From the NCBI GenBank assembly GCA_030770535.1, contig JASVEC010000012.1, positions 806,001 through 870,000 of the forward strand: DNA of 64,000 nucleotides, in the 5' to 3' direction. The DNA is from Batkoa obscura. Taxonomy: Eukaryota. A program made the translations under genes and the position numbers. Below, in pieces: positions 10,364 to 24,872 of this stretch. Under the pieces are notes generated by a model. That model was not told the DNA's origin and did not search any database. It worked only from the letters and a program-made list of their open reading frames with translations. Positions within the stretch are counted from its first letter, which is position 1. Every line of letters begins with the position of its first letter.

Positions 10364-12724
10364 TAATTAATAAATAGAATTATCAAAAGAACTCGATGGA
10401 TTAAATTATATAAATAAAAGTGTTATATTTGAAGTGATTTAAATTAGTATTTTATAATTATAATTATAATTAACATCATTTTAGGTGAATAATTATTATT
10501 ATAAACAAGTATAAAGAATGTTTTAGTTATATATCATTTGCTTATAATTTATATAGGATAAAATAGAGAATAATGTTCAATTAAGTTCAATTGAATTTCA
10601 ACTTAATACTATGTATCAAACAATATTAAGTAATTATTTTAATATTTTATAAACTTATAACTTATTTTAGATTGTTTATATTTTAATAATAATTTTAATC
10701 AAATTAAACATGTATTATTATTAAAGTAAATTATTATTATTAGATAAAAGTTATAATATTAATATTTATGATAATGTTTAATTATAGTTTAACATCTAAT
10801 AATTTAAAAACATTAATGTTTTATAATGATGATGATTTAAAATTAAATTATTTATTTCAAATAATTTCAAAAGTTAAAAAGTAATAAAATTAAAATAAAT
10901 TAAAATAAATCAAAATAAATCAAAATAAAATTAAAATAAAATTAGAATTAATTATTGGCAATTTGAAAATAATGAATTGATGAAATTAAATTACTTTGAT
11001 AATCAAAAAGGAATTAAAAGTAATATATCACAGGGGATACACGGTAAAAATAAATATTTTTATTTAATTATATTATAATATTTTTATTAGCAAATTTAAT
11101 TTCAGATTTAAATAATGGTTTATTATGTATAAAATTATATACTTTTACATTAAAAAATATAAAAAAATTAAAGGGTAAAATTAAAGAATTAATATTAATT
11201 ATAAGTTAATGAATTATTATAGAATTATTAATTAAAATTACCAAATTTCAATCTTTAAATATATCAATAATATTATTATGTAATATAGAACTATTAAAAG
11301 TAAAATTAATAAATAATTTAAATAATAATTAATAATAATTGATTTAATAATTGATTTAATAGAAAAAATATCCGTTTGATTTAAATGTTTTATTAAAGTA
11401 AATAATATTTAATATTTTGTTTATATTATTTATATTATTAATATTAATTAAAGTGACTTTGATATTATAGTTAAAAAAAAAGATATTAATACTAATCAAG
11501 AAATTAATTTATTTTTAAATAATACATTAATTGATGATAATTATTTAAATAATCATTATCAACAAAATGATAAATTATTTATTAAAATGAAAAATGTAAT
11601 TCAATTAATAATCAATAATTGATAAATTATAATTATTTTATTTTATTTTATTTTTAGTATTTGAAAGTATTATATAATTTAGATATAAGGTAATTAACTT
11701 ATATGATTCAATAATAATAACAATAATAATATATTAATATTGTTTTTATTATAGTTTAAGTGAATGTTGTCAAGAAATAATAGAAATTTATTTTAAAGCA
11801 TTAAGGAATTTACAATTAAATAAAAAGAAATGTATATTAAATCCACATGATTCATTATCTGTAAGGAATAATAATAATAATAATAATATTAAATAATAAT
11901 ATTAAATAATAATATTAAATAATAATATTAAATAATAATATTAAATAATAATATTAAATGATAATATTAAATAATAATATTAAATAATAATATTAAATAA
12001 TAATATTAAATAATAATATTAAATAATAATATTAAATAATAATATTAAATAATAATATTAAATAATAATATTAAATAATAATATTAAATAATAATATTAA
12101 ATAATAATATTAAATAATAATATTAAATAATAATATTAAATAATAATATTAAATAATAATATTAAATAATAATATTAAATAATAATATTAAATAATAATA
12201 TTAAATAATAATATTAAATAATAATATTAAATAATAATATTAAATAATAATATTAAATCTTTTATTTATAGAGTTTAATTAAAATTACTATTTTAAATGC
12301 TAAATGTTTTTATAGAAAAATAGCAACTATTGAAGATGGTTTAATAAGGTAATTATGTTTATTTTATTTTATTTTATTATTATTATTATTATATTTAATT
12401 TGTTTTTAGTATAATTTATAATGAAAATAATTTAAAAATTAAATTTCATTATAAAGTTATTTATATTAAAAAAAAAGATAATATTGGTAAATCAATAAAA
12501 ATAAAAATAAAAATATATAATATTTATTAACATTTATAGATTATAATATCTTTAATACAAATGATATAAATAATGAATTATTATTTAGCTTACCTATCAA
12601 TAACATTTCTTTTTTATTGAAAAAAGAAGTACAATATTGGCTATCAAATAATTTATCAAATAATTGCTATAATTACACAAAAGTTGATTTAATCAAATAT
12701 CTCATTCATTTATTAAATTTATAA
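8788..12724 (+). CDS. MCMDC2: MCMDC2-like (MCM-family meiotic recombination protein), copy 1, about 24 introns
   Basis: Spliced exons give IILNGIINSI..KYNCQNSLC..DLLCSSCLKKMQE..LLEDDLVNKFNIGQEI (MCM zinc finger/OB fold, like MCMDC2 DFLCxxC..LRDExVNKMNIG) and an AAA-lid-like SLIKITILNAKCFYRKIATIEDGLI. No intact Walker A seen. First intron 8932..8993; stop TAA 12722..12724. Confidence 0.7.
11882..12258 (+). repeat. Intronic minisatellite (AATAATATTAAAT) x29
   Basis: 13-bp tandem unit inside intron 11861..12271, with one variant unit (G at 11960). Confidence 0.95.
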
Positions 12725-13012
12725 CAAAATAAACTAAATATTTAATGCTCGTTATTATATTATTATATTATTATATTATCAATATTTACTATTTATAGTC
12801 ATTAGTAATTCAATTGATTGGTAGTACAATCAGTACCCAATGAAGAGTAAGTCAACTAAGGTTAAAAAATTATGATGATATAATTCTTGAAATGATTAGT
12901 TGTATTGAGTCATCAAAATTAACGATTTAAAATTTAAAACAATAAAAGAAAATTGATTTTGATTTTTAATCTTATTCATCTATCCTTAACTTTAAAGCTA
13001 CATAAAAGAAAG

Positions 13013-14254
13013 ATGCCATTTAATTTCAACTTAAAATCTATTGTACGCCCCAACATCCTCTCCTTAGAACCTTATCGTTGTGCCCGTGATGATTATAATG
13101 AAGGTATCTTATTAGATGCCAATGAAAATAGTTATCCTTTCAATCCATCATCAACTTATTTAAACCGATATCCCGATCCTTATCAATTATCACTAAAGCA
13201 AAAGATAATGTCATATAAAAAGATTGATAATGTAAAAAAATTATTTTTAGGAGTCGGATCGGATGAAATAATTGATTTAATATTAAGAATATTTTGTATT
13301 CCAAGTCAAGATAGTATATTAATTTGTCCACCAACTTATGGTATGTATAAAGTGTGTGCTAAAATTAATGATGTTAAGGTAATTACTTGTCCTTTATTAA
13401 AAGAGAAATTTCAATTGGATGTGAATAATGTAAGTTATTTTTATTATTTTATTTATATTAATATTAATAATTTAATTATTATTTAGATATTAAAAGTGTT
13501 ATCATCTACCCCAACAATTAAAGTCATCTTCCTTTGCCATCCTGGTAACCCAACTGGAAGTTTATTAAATTTAAATGATATTGAAATTCTATTAAATAGT
13601 TCTTTTAATGGTGTTGTAGTAGTCGATGAAGCCTATATTGATTTTGTAGATTCTAAATATTCTTGTTTAAATTTATTAAATTTATATCCTAATTTAATTG
13701 TAACTCAAACATTATCCAAAGCTTTTTCAGCTGCTGGAATTAGGTAAATCAAAATTATTAGAATATAAATTAGAATTCTATTTATTGATTAATGAATTTA
13801 TTATATTAGATTAGGTATTGCTTATAGTCATACGGAAATTATTCAATTAATGAATAATACTAAAGCACCGTATAACATCTCTTGTTTAACTATTGAAAAA
13901 GGAATGGAAATTTTTGAGCCAATAAATTTATCTACAGTTTCCAATAACATCTTTAAAATCAGCGAATCCAAACAATCTCTAATTAAACAAGTATCAAACC
14001 ATCCTCAATTAACTTTATTAGGTACTTCAGATGCTAATTTTTTATTAATGCAAGTCAAAAATAAGGATAATAATCCATGCTCCAATAGAGCAAAAGAAGT
14101 TTACAAATATTTAGCAGATGAATTGAAGATTGTTATTCGTTATAGAGGTAATGAAGTGCATTGTCAAGGGTGTTTAAGAGCTACAATAGGTACAGAAGAT
14201 GAGAATCAAAAAATGTTAAGCGGATTATTCAAGGCTTTAGAGAAGATTGAATAA
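13013..14254 (+). CDS. HIS5: Histidinol-phosphate aminotransferase (3 exons)
   Basis: LEPYRCARDD, LLDANEN, NRYPDP, GVGSDE, PGNPTG, VVDEAYIDF, TLSKAF..GIR motifs. Introns 13430..13486 and 13744..13809. Confidence 0.95.
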
Positions 14255-14586
14255 AGAAAACAAAAGAAAAGAAAATTATAAAATTATGATTTTGTTTTGT
14301 TATTAATTGATTAAAAAAATGCATATTAATTCGATAATTAACATCCATTTTAATATTAACTATCAACATAGACAAAAAAACTTGCTCCAATAATCAGTAC
14401 CAATAAGAACACATTCAAAATAAAATAAAATAAAATAAAATAAAATAAAATAAAATAAAACATCAGATTTACTGATTATTTTATTTTAAAAAAAGTAAAG
14501 ATTCCATTCTATCCATACATGACGAGGTAAGTATGTAAAAGGAAAGAAAGTTTAAGCTTATAAAATTTCATTAAAAAATTTACTCT

Positions 14587-16708
14587 TTAATTTTTACGAA
14601 TTTTTAAGCTATCAATCATATCTTCAAATTTCGAAATATTACGAATATACCAATCCCCATATCTTCGAGCAATTTTATGTTCTGTTACCATAATAATATC
14701 CTAATAATATTATTAATATACACTTCTAACAATTTAATTTATATTAAACTAAACCTTACCTTATTAACTGTAAAATCTAAATCACTAGCTAAAGTATATT
14801 GACCATCCAATAAATTACCTACGTTTAATTGTTTCTTTTGTTTTGATTTTAATTTTAATATTAATAATTGTCTTCGAACTTCATCTTTATCAATATTCAA
14901 GAAACTTGCCAACTTCTCAATAGATAAAGTTGAATATAAAGCAAGATAAGATCTTAAAGTAGGAATAAGATATTGATGTTTAACTTCTTGTAAAAAGATA
15001 CTTAATTGATATTGAGTAGCTGATTGTTTTTGTTCTGATTCATCCATTTTAGTTAATGTTGGTGAGATAAATTTAGGACAAGAATATAGATACAATTCTT
15101 CATAAGTGGATAAATTCGACTCTAATGTACGCATAGATGACATTTGTTCACTATATTTTTCTTTAAGAGTATTATGAATATGTTCATCAACTCTACTAGA
15201 AAATAAAGAGATACACATAGCTAATAAAGCATACATTTGATCCACTTTTTTATTCATCTAATATTAAAAAATAATATAATAAATATTAATTAGTTTATAT
15301 TATTAAATATATTGAAAATATTCTATTTTACCTGATCAAATTGATAACTTTTCGTTTGAAATATTTTAGTTCTTGCCATAAAAGATAATATATGAGAAAA
15401 AGAACGAATAGCATCTGCATATCTTCTCATCATCATATAACAAAATCCAATATAATAATAAACAGTTACATGACATGCAATGACTCTATGAAATGGTGAT
15501 TTTTTACTTAAATCCACATTATCTAAAGTTTTTAAGGCCATAGTATAATTGCCTAATAAACAATGAACTCGAAGTAATCCAATGATTGAGAAATATCCTA
15601 ACATTTTATATAATGGTTTATTGATATAATCTTCTTTTTCTTCTCTATTAAAATAAATAAATTAATATAATAACATAATGTTAATTGAATCATTTTAGAC
15701 TTACACTTCCAATTGTAAACCTTGTTCTTCTCCATTTTTTAAAGCTTCTAAATGTTCATAAATACTTGATTTTTGAATTAAAGAATAAAGAACATTTAAA
15801 ACAGAATAACATGACCAAACCTAAATAATAATAATAATAATTAATATATTTACTTTTTTTATAATAAAATAAAAATTTACTTGTGGATTTTCTTTTAATA
15901 AAACCAATTCTTCTTCTGTTTTATTTTTAGTTTTATTTCTAAATGTTGAAAATGTTTGAAATTGATAAATAAATTCATCAATAATATCCCATAACCATTG
16001 GTTAGGTAATTCTAATGGTACTGGGCCATCTGAATCTATTAATATTAATAATTGAAATTAATATAATATAATATAATAATTATGATTTTAGTTATAATTT
16101 GATACTGTATGTGAGGGTATAAAAAATAGTATTAAACTTCAACTTACTTAAAATATAATTAAATAAATCACAATAATTTTCATATGATTGAAAGCGGTGT
16201 TCAATACTTGGTTGTAATTTAGAGTAAATATGACGATAATAAAGTTCACGATATAATGTTAAAAATACTTGATCTATAAAAATAAAAGTAAAAATATTAT
16301 TAATTATTCCATAAAAGTACATAAACCATCAATAAATTTCTTTTGCATGATTTTTAAAATTCTTAAATCAAAACTTACCATCACTCACTAAATGGCTCAC
16401 AACATCTGGATCTGGCCATGAGCTTTTAGAATAATATCTTTCAGTTAATTTATTAAATAAATTTTCATAAATGTATTGTAATTCATAATAATTATTTTCA
16501 ACTAAAGCGTGATGAAATTTAAAGATAAATTTTTTAATTTCTTCTGGTAGTCCGTTGACTGCCGAATTAACACTTTCAATCGAATGACTATGCTCTAAAA
16601 ACGAGGAAAAAGAAGTGGATTAATGAGAACATTTGACAAATATGAGAATTAGATAATATTTAAAAAAAATTACTTACCATATTCTTCTTCCTCAAGATTA
16701 CTTGGATA
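14587..16708 (-). CDS. eIF3L: Eukaryotic translation initiation factor 3 subunit L (multi-exon)
   Basis: [86 protein letters not shown] motifs. Confidence 0.93.
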
Positions 16709-17125
16709 TAAATTAGGTGTTAATACTAATTCTAAAGGAATATCATCATCTTCATAATCGTTATACATTTTAATATTTTCTTTCTTCCTTTATTTGTTTT
16801 ATCTATAAATTTAATTATCTTAGTTGCTCTCTTTATATATAAAAAGTAATTTTGAATATTGAATTTTGCTACAATTAAACGCTTTAAATTTCATAGTTTT
16901 AATTGGTTCAATTTAGAAAAATTAAAGTATTATTATGGGATTTTCTATTTTTCAACAATTTTAAGATTTTAATATCAAAACATGATCAAAAAGAACATAT
17001 CAAAAAAGTGCACAATAAAAAATAGAAAATAAAAGTAAAAAATAAAAAACGTATCAATTAACATAATCATAATTCATTTATTATTATTCTTACATCATTC
17101 TACATTCATCTTCATTCATCTTCAT

Positions 17126-19536
17126 TCATTTCTTACCCTTTTTCACACGAGTACTTTTAGTCCCTGTTGCCTTTGCTTTTCTTTTAGTTGCAGCTCCCTC
17201 TTTAGCTTTTGATATCAATTTATCTTTCATTACATCCTCATCATCTTCCTCTTCTTCCTCTTCTTCTTCTTCATTCAATTCACCTTCACCTAATACATCC
17301 TCCAAATCTGGTATGGCTTCTTTTTTAGCCTTAACCGAAGCAATAACTACATTAAGCATCGTTGGATGGGATTGTTTATTGTAACTAAAATAAAAGAAAT
17401 AAAAGAAATGTTAATTGAATTCTATAGATATAAAATAGTATATTAAAACTTACGTTCTAGTAAATGCTGATTTGACACTGGTTGGTATACCTTTTAGAAT
17501 TTCACTACCAGCTTGAGAACCAATACCTAAATCTATTAATGTGTCCCAATCTTCTTTATCAAGATAATAATTATCCATAAATCGAATTGTTTTTGATATA
17601 CCATTCTAATTCAATTAATATGTTAATAAAAAATAATATAAAAAAAAGATTCAATTAAAATAATAAAACAATATTAATTCACTTACATTCCCATCCTTAA
17701 TTAATTCTTTAGTTAATTTATTATTTAATGTTAATAAATAATTTTGTCTTAACTCATTTTTATCTCCTGAGATTTTCACTTTCATATGTAAATGAGTTTG
17801 TTTCAATAATCGATTATATTTATTTGTTTTTGAATTCTGTCCTAACCAACTAAAATGATATTGTTAATTAATATTAATTAATATTACTCTATTACTTAGT
17901 AATAATGATTGTCGTTATTTGACTTACCTTGGAAATCGATATCTATCACTCATTTTACCATGCATAAAATGAGACGGAATTGCACAAGAATAAGCAGCAT
18001 GTAAAGGCATTAAATCCCAGTTTTGAGAACTAAATTGATTAACAATTAATTAGTAATTAATGAAATTTAATTTTACTTACGTATGAATAGATTTTTCAAT
18101 TAAATCTGCTTGAGAAATAAATTCAGAAGCATGAACTATTTTATCTAATGTTTCTAATTCTTTTTGTTTAAAATTCATTGTTGAACTACTAGGTTGACAA
18201 TATATATAATTTTCCTATTCATTTATTTTAATATAAATTAATTATTATTATTTATCTATTTTATAAATATCTTAATAAACTTACTTGTATCATTAATGGA
18301 GCCAATTGATAATCATGAAAATATAACTCAATTCGATCAGCAAACGAATCATTCATATAATTTTCATTATTAAAATAACGACTAGCAATATCAAATGGAT
18401 TTAACAATACATTTTTTTTCATCATATTTGAACTAAATTTAATATTAATATTAATAATTTGATTTAAAAGCTTATTAATTATCTTATAATAAATAACTTA
18501 CAATTCTTTCGATTGTTCTTTAGACATACTTTTACTAGTTAATCTCCAACTTGATAACAAATTAATAATTTGTCGAATATCATTACGACTAGTTTCTACT
18601 AAAGTTTCTAATACATTTTCAGATAATTCAAGTCCTTCTTTAGTAATAATTTTTTGAATTAAAGGTCTTATTTGGGCAGCTGTAGGTCTATTAGAATTAA
18701 TTAATTATTACGTTACTTGATTTATTTAATATATGAATTAAATTTACCTTCGAAATCGATAATCAAAACAATGATTAGCTAATGATTTAATTTTCACTGA
18801 ATTTCGGTCATTACAGATACAAATAATTGGTACCTAATTAATTAATTAATATTAATTAATATCAATTAAAAAATACATTAAATAATATAATTAATACCTT
18901 AGTAGTCTTTAATAACTTAATAATTTCTTGAATACCACCTCTATCTCCACCTGACATACCATCAATTTCATCTAAAATCAATACTTTTTTTCCACCTTTG
19001 TTTTTATCCTTATCTCCCTCCTTCCTCTCCTGCTTCATTTTATCTTTTTTAAAATACGATAAAATAGTATTACAACTTAATATTTCTTTAATCTTTTGTT
19101 CAATACTTTTCTTTGATCTTGTATCTGAAGCATTAAATTCAATAGCTTCATAACCAGCTTCTTTACAAGCTATATAAGCTGCACTTGTTTTTCCAATACC
19201 TGGGGGTCCACTGATTAACACAGAACGAAAATTGACTTTGGTTTCAAGACCATTAGGGTCCCTAACAAATAAGAAAAAAAATAAGTTAATTGAACTTATG
19301 AATAATGAATATTTTTATATTGAAATTGATAAAAAGGAGTGAAATGAGAAGTATTTGATAAAACTCACCATGTTTTTAAAAATATAATCAAATTGTCTAC
19401 TAATGTTTTATTACCAATTAAATCGAGTTTATTTACTGGTCGATATTTTTCTACCCATAAACTATATTGATAATTACTATTAAAAATTATTATTAGACTT
19501 GAATTAATGTTACTTATTCGTTGCTGCAACACTCAT
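17126..19536 (-). CDS. RFC1: Replication factor C large subunit, apparently lacking the N-terminal BRCT region
   Basis: LWVEKYRP, SGPPGIGKT, EFNASDTRSK, DEIDGMSGGDRGG, ICICND, YFHDYQLAPLMIQENY, FPSWLGQNSK, YYLDKEDWD, IPTSVKSAFTR, then an acidic/basic tail. Best start is ATG 19536 (MSVAATN), spliced in frame to the exon starting at 19476. Confidence 0.9.
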
Positions 19537-19948
19537 CTGTATTTTTTATTATTAATTGTAGTTTAATAAATGAATATAAAAGGAAAATTGAGTTATTTTT
19601 TCTTTTGATAAATTAAAGGATGGAAGTTACGTTGATAAAAAGTTGATTGGTTGAATTATTTTTAATTTAATGAGATGACATTTTTATTTCATTTTGTTTA
19701 CTTTTCATATAATATAAAGATTAAAAATTAAAAGAACAACCATTTTTATAGTTAAAATAATCAATAATAATTAATATTAACTATTTTATTAGATAATCTA
19801 ATATCCAACTTAATCAAGATGAGAAAATGAAACTTATCAGTCGTTTTATAATCACTTTATTAAGAAATATAAATAAAAATCATTGATAATATAACAATAT
19901 AATAATATAATAATATAATAACGAGCATTAAATATTTAGTTTATTTTG

Positions 19949-22322
19949 TTATAAATTTAATAAATGAATGAGATATTTGATTAAATCAACTTTTGTGTAA
20001 TTATAACAATTATTTGATAAATTATTTGATAGCCAATATTGTACTTCTTTTTTCAATAAAAAAGAAATGTTATTGATAGGTAAGCTAAATAATAATTCAT
20101 TATTTATATCATTTGTATTAAAGATATTATAATCTATAAATGTTAATAAATATTATATATTTTTATTTTTATTTTTATTGATTTACCAATATTATCTTTT
20201 TTTTTAATATAAATAACTTTATAATGAAATTTAATTTTTAAATTATTTTCATTATAAATTATACTAAAAACAAATTAAATATAATAATAATAATAATAAA
20301 ATAAAATAAAATAAACATAATTACCTTATTAAACCATCTTCAATAGTTGCTATTTTTCTATAAAAACATTTAGCATTTAAAATAGTAATTTTAATTAAAC
20401 TCTATAAATAAAAGATTTAATATTATTATTTAATATTATTATTTAATATTATTATTTAATATTATTATTTAATATTATTATTTAATATTATTATTTAATA
20501 TTATTATTTAATATTATTATTTAATATTATTATTTAATATTATTATTTAATATTATTATTTAATATTATTATTTAATATTATTATTTAATATTATTATTT
20601 AATATTATTATTTAATATTATTATTTAATATTATTATTTAATATTATTATTTAATATTATTATTTAATATTATTATTTAATATTATTATTTAATATTATT
20701 ATTTAATATTATTATTTAATATTATCATTTAATATTATTATTTAATATTATTATTTAATATTATTATTTAATATTATTATTTAATATTATTATTTAATAT
20801 TATTATTATTATTATTATTCCTTACAGATAATGAATCATGTGGATTTAATATACATTTCTTTTTATTTAATTGTAAATTCCTTAATGCTTTAAAATAAAT
20901 TTCTATTATTTCTTGACAACATTCACTTAAACTATAATAAAAACAATATTAATATATTATTATTGTTATTATTATTGAATCATATAAGTTAATTACCTTA
21001 TATCTAAATTATATAATACTTTCAAATACTAAAAATAAAATAAAATAAAATAATTATAATTTATCAATTATTGATTATTAATTGAATTACATTTTTCATT
21101 TTAATAAATAATTTATCATTTTGTTGATAATGATTATTTAAATAATTATCATCAATTAATGTATTATTTAAAAATAAATTAATTTCTTGATTAGTATTAA
21201 TATCTTTTTTTTTAACTATAATATCAAAGTCACTTTAATTAATATTAATAATATAAATAATATAAACAAAATATTAAATATTATTTACTTTAATAAAACA
21301 TTTAAATCAAACGGATATTTTTTCTATTAAATCAATTATTAAATCAATTATTATTAATTATTATTTAAATTATTTATTAATTTTACTTTTAATAGTTCTA
21401 TATTACATAATAATATTATTGATATATTTAAAGATTGAAATTTGGTAATTTTAATTAATAATTCTATAATAATTCATTAACTTATAATTAATATTAATTC
21501 TTTAATTTTACCCTTTAATTTTTTTATATTTTTTAATGTAAAAGTATATAATTTTATACATAATAAACCATTATTTAAATCTGAAATTAAATTTGCTAAT
21601 AAAAATATTATAATATAATTAAATAAAAATATTTATTTTTACCGTGTATCCCCTGTGATATATTACTTTTAATTCCTTTTTGATTATCAAAGTAATTTAA
21701 TTTCATCAATTCATTATTTTCAAATTGCCAATAATTAATTCTAATTTTATTTTAATTTTATTTTGATTTATTTTGATTTATTTTAATTTATTTTAATTTT
21801 ATTACTTTTTAACTTTTGAAATTATTTGAAATAAATAATTTAATTTTAAATCATCATCATTATAAAACATTAATGTTTTTAAATTATTAGATGTTAAACT
21901 ATAATTAAACATTATCATAAATATTAATATTATAACTTTTATCTAATAATAATAATTTACTTTAATAATAATACATGTTTAATTTGATTAAAATTATTAT
22001 TAAAATATAAACAATCTAAAATAAGTTATAAGTTTATAAAATATTAAAATAATTACTTAATATTGTTTGATACATAGTATTAAGTTGAAATTCAATTGAA
22101 CTTAATTGAACATTATTCTCTATTTTATCCTATATAAATTATAAGCAAATGATATATAACTAAAACATTCTTTATACTTGTTTATAATAATAATTATTCA
22201 CCTAAAATGATGTTAATTATAATTATAATTATAAAATACTAATTTAAATCACTTCAAATATAACACTTTTATTTATATAATTTAATCCATCGAGTTCTTT
22301 TGATAATTCTATTTATTAATTA

Positions 22323-22381
<59 letters not shown>

Positions 22382-23898
22382 ATTCTATTTTACCTTTTAA
22401 ATTAAATAAATATGTTGGCTTACATAAAAATTGAATTTCTTGGCCAATATTAAATTTATTTACTAAATCATCTACTTATTTTTAATTACTTTATTTAACT
22501 TATTTAATTTATTTACTTTCAAGTAATAAAAGGGTACAACGTAACATAACACTACAAATATCATTGCCTTTTTCTGTTATTAATATCCATTGAATTTCTA
22601 ATAACTATAAAAACAGTAATTTAGATAAAATATTATATTACCTTTATATAATCTATCTTCTACAATTTCTTGCATTTTTTTTAAACAACTTGAACATAAT
22701 AAATCTAATTTATGTAATTCAATACTGTTTAAATAATAATTATTAATAAAACATTAAATTAAATTAACTAAATTTATTTACTTTGTAGTTACTGGAGAAT
22801 AATAATTAGCTTCCGTTCTTTTAATAACTTTATATTTCATATTTAACTTACTTGAAGTCAAATAATTTTTATCTCGACATAAACTATTTTGACAATTATA
22901 TTTTTTAGTGATTCTAAATATTATATTAATATTTTATTGTATTATTATTAATCATTAATTATTAATTATTAATTACATTTTATATCTTTTTTCCCAGATA
23001 CTATTAATAATTCCATTTAAAATTATAAATGGTTCATTTTGTTTATTAAAATAATTACAATGTTCTTTTTTAATTGTACTTGGTGTAAATCTAAATTAAT
23101 AAGTAAAACTTTTATTAAAAAATAAATAATAAAATACAATTCTAAATTAGGTAAATTAAATAATCGTATTTTGATTTCAACCTGTTCAGTTATAATTTTA
23201 AGTGAACAATTGATTATTAATTGTAATAGTTCAAGAGTAATTGTCTTAAATTCATCTTCAACAAGAACTAATTTTGTTGGAAATAAAAGTTCATTCCCAA
23301 TAAGACCTAATAATATGAAATACTATAATTTTAATTATAAATAAAATTACTATTATAATTTAACATATTTAATACATCAATTTCATATTTAATATGATAG
23401 TAATTAATATTTGATTTCATCTATTAAAAAGTATTAATAATTAAAATAAAAGATATTTTGTATTTACTTTTATCTTTAATTGATTAGATTCTTTAATACC
23501 AAGATGAATATCACCCATATGATTCTTTATAATATCTTAAAATATATTAATAATCTTTATCATTATTAAATAATTAATATTACAATTCTTAATACAACCA
23601 TAACGAGTGAAATCTTCTGGATCAATTGGAAAGCGGTGACTATCTTCTGGATGATATCGAATATTAACTTTACTATCAGAAGGTGGTAATTGCTATAAAA
23701 ATGAGTTAAAGTATAAAAAATAAAAAAATAAAAAAATAAAAAAAATAAAATTACTTTTGCGTTATAAGATAAAGGGGTTTTGTAGTTTGTAGTTAATGTA
23801 AGCTGAGAAGATAATTCATTAAATACATTACTTGACTTATCTAATGTTGAAAAGGAATAAAGTGATTTCTCAGAAAATAAATCTGTGTTTTTATCCAT
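19949..23898 (-). CDS. MCMDC2: MCMDC2-like protein, copy 2
   Basis: Same exons and introns as 8788..12724. The ORF track shows an identical 110-aa first ORF. One synonymous difference seen (TGC/TGT near 20006). Confidence 0.7.
20415..20804 (-). repeat. Intronic minisatellite (AATAATATTAAAT) x30
   Basis: Mirror of 11882..12258 with one extra unit; shares the single variant unit. Confidence 0.95.
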
Positions 23899-24039
23899 TT
23901 TTATATTGATTAATTGGTATATCGATTCCTTTTTATACTATTTACTATTATTACTACTTTATACAAAATGCATTTATACTATACTACTTATGTTTTAAAA
24001 AGCATTAAAAATATTAAATAAGCTATCGTTAATGAATAA

Positions 24040-24143
24040 TATGAAGGTGTTTTTTTTGCTTCATCACTTTTTTCATTTTTTAAGCGCTATTTGAGTAGAA
24101 AGACTATAAGTAAAATTCTTAAACAAAAAAATACATCCCCGTA
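24040..24143 (+). mobile_element. ~104-bp MITE, copy 2 (18 bp from the duplication breakpoint)
   Basis: TATGAAGGTGTTTTT..GCTTCATCACTTTTT..GCGCTATTTGAG..ATACATCCCCGTA. Confidence 0.85.
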
Positions 24144-24872
24144 TCTTACAATTAAAACGTCGATTTATTATAATATTTATAAAATTCATTATAGCTTAAT
24201 ACTATAAACAATTTATGTTTTGTATTTTTTTATTTATTTTCATATAAAAATTGGCTAATTATTTGAGCTATTGCATATTTGTTAGAACAATCTTATAGTA
24301 AATATACTAACTTTATAAAAAAGAGCGACTAATAGTAACATTTTCAATAATTTTGCTTTGTATTCAAAATACAAGTAAGTCCACTTTTATTTAATAAACT
24401 ATAGCCTCCTTTATATAAAAACCGTTAGCTACTTTCTATTAGTTTTCCTATTCTTAAGTATCCCATATGATTATATAAAAGCACTTTGCCTATTCAAAAC
24501 ACTTAAATTCTTTTTTTGAATTCCATTAGCATGATATATTACAATAACGATACATTTAACCAACATGATAGGCTTATTTATTTATGAGTTACACATTAGC
24601 CCCTTTACTAAAACATAGGCTCGATAAATTATACAATTACAATAACCAACGTGAACAAGCTGTTGAAATAATATAACTTACTATGATAAGGAAAGAAATT
24701 TGCAATGATGATTACTGTCAACTATGTACATAGATTTCGGCAGAAGCTATTATATAAATATTTTATGTTTTATTAATTTATACAGTAAGATGAGAAATTA
24801 TAGTTTAACATGATTTTTATAATGACAAGATACAATATAAACCTAACTAAAGTAAAAATAGATAACATTTTA

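Larger units (their letters stand above)
8665..12783 (+). repeat. Arm 1 of the 4.1-kb inverted segmental duplication
   Basis: Reverse complement of 19882..24021, introns included. Confidence 0.95.
19882..24021 (-). repeat. Arm 2 of the 4.1-kb inverted segmental duplication
   Basis: Reverse complement of 8665..12783. It is 21 bp longer (one extra 13-mer and one extra 8-mer). Confidence 0.95.
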
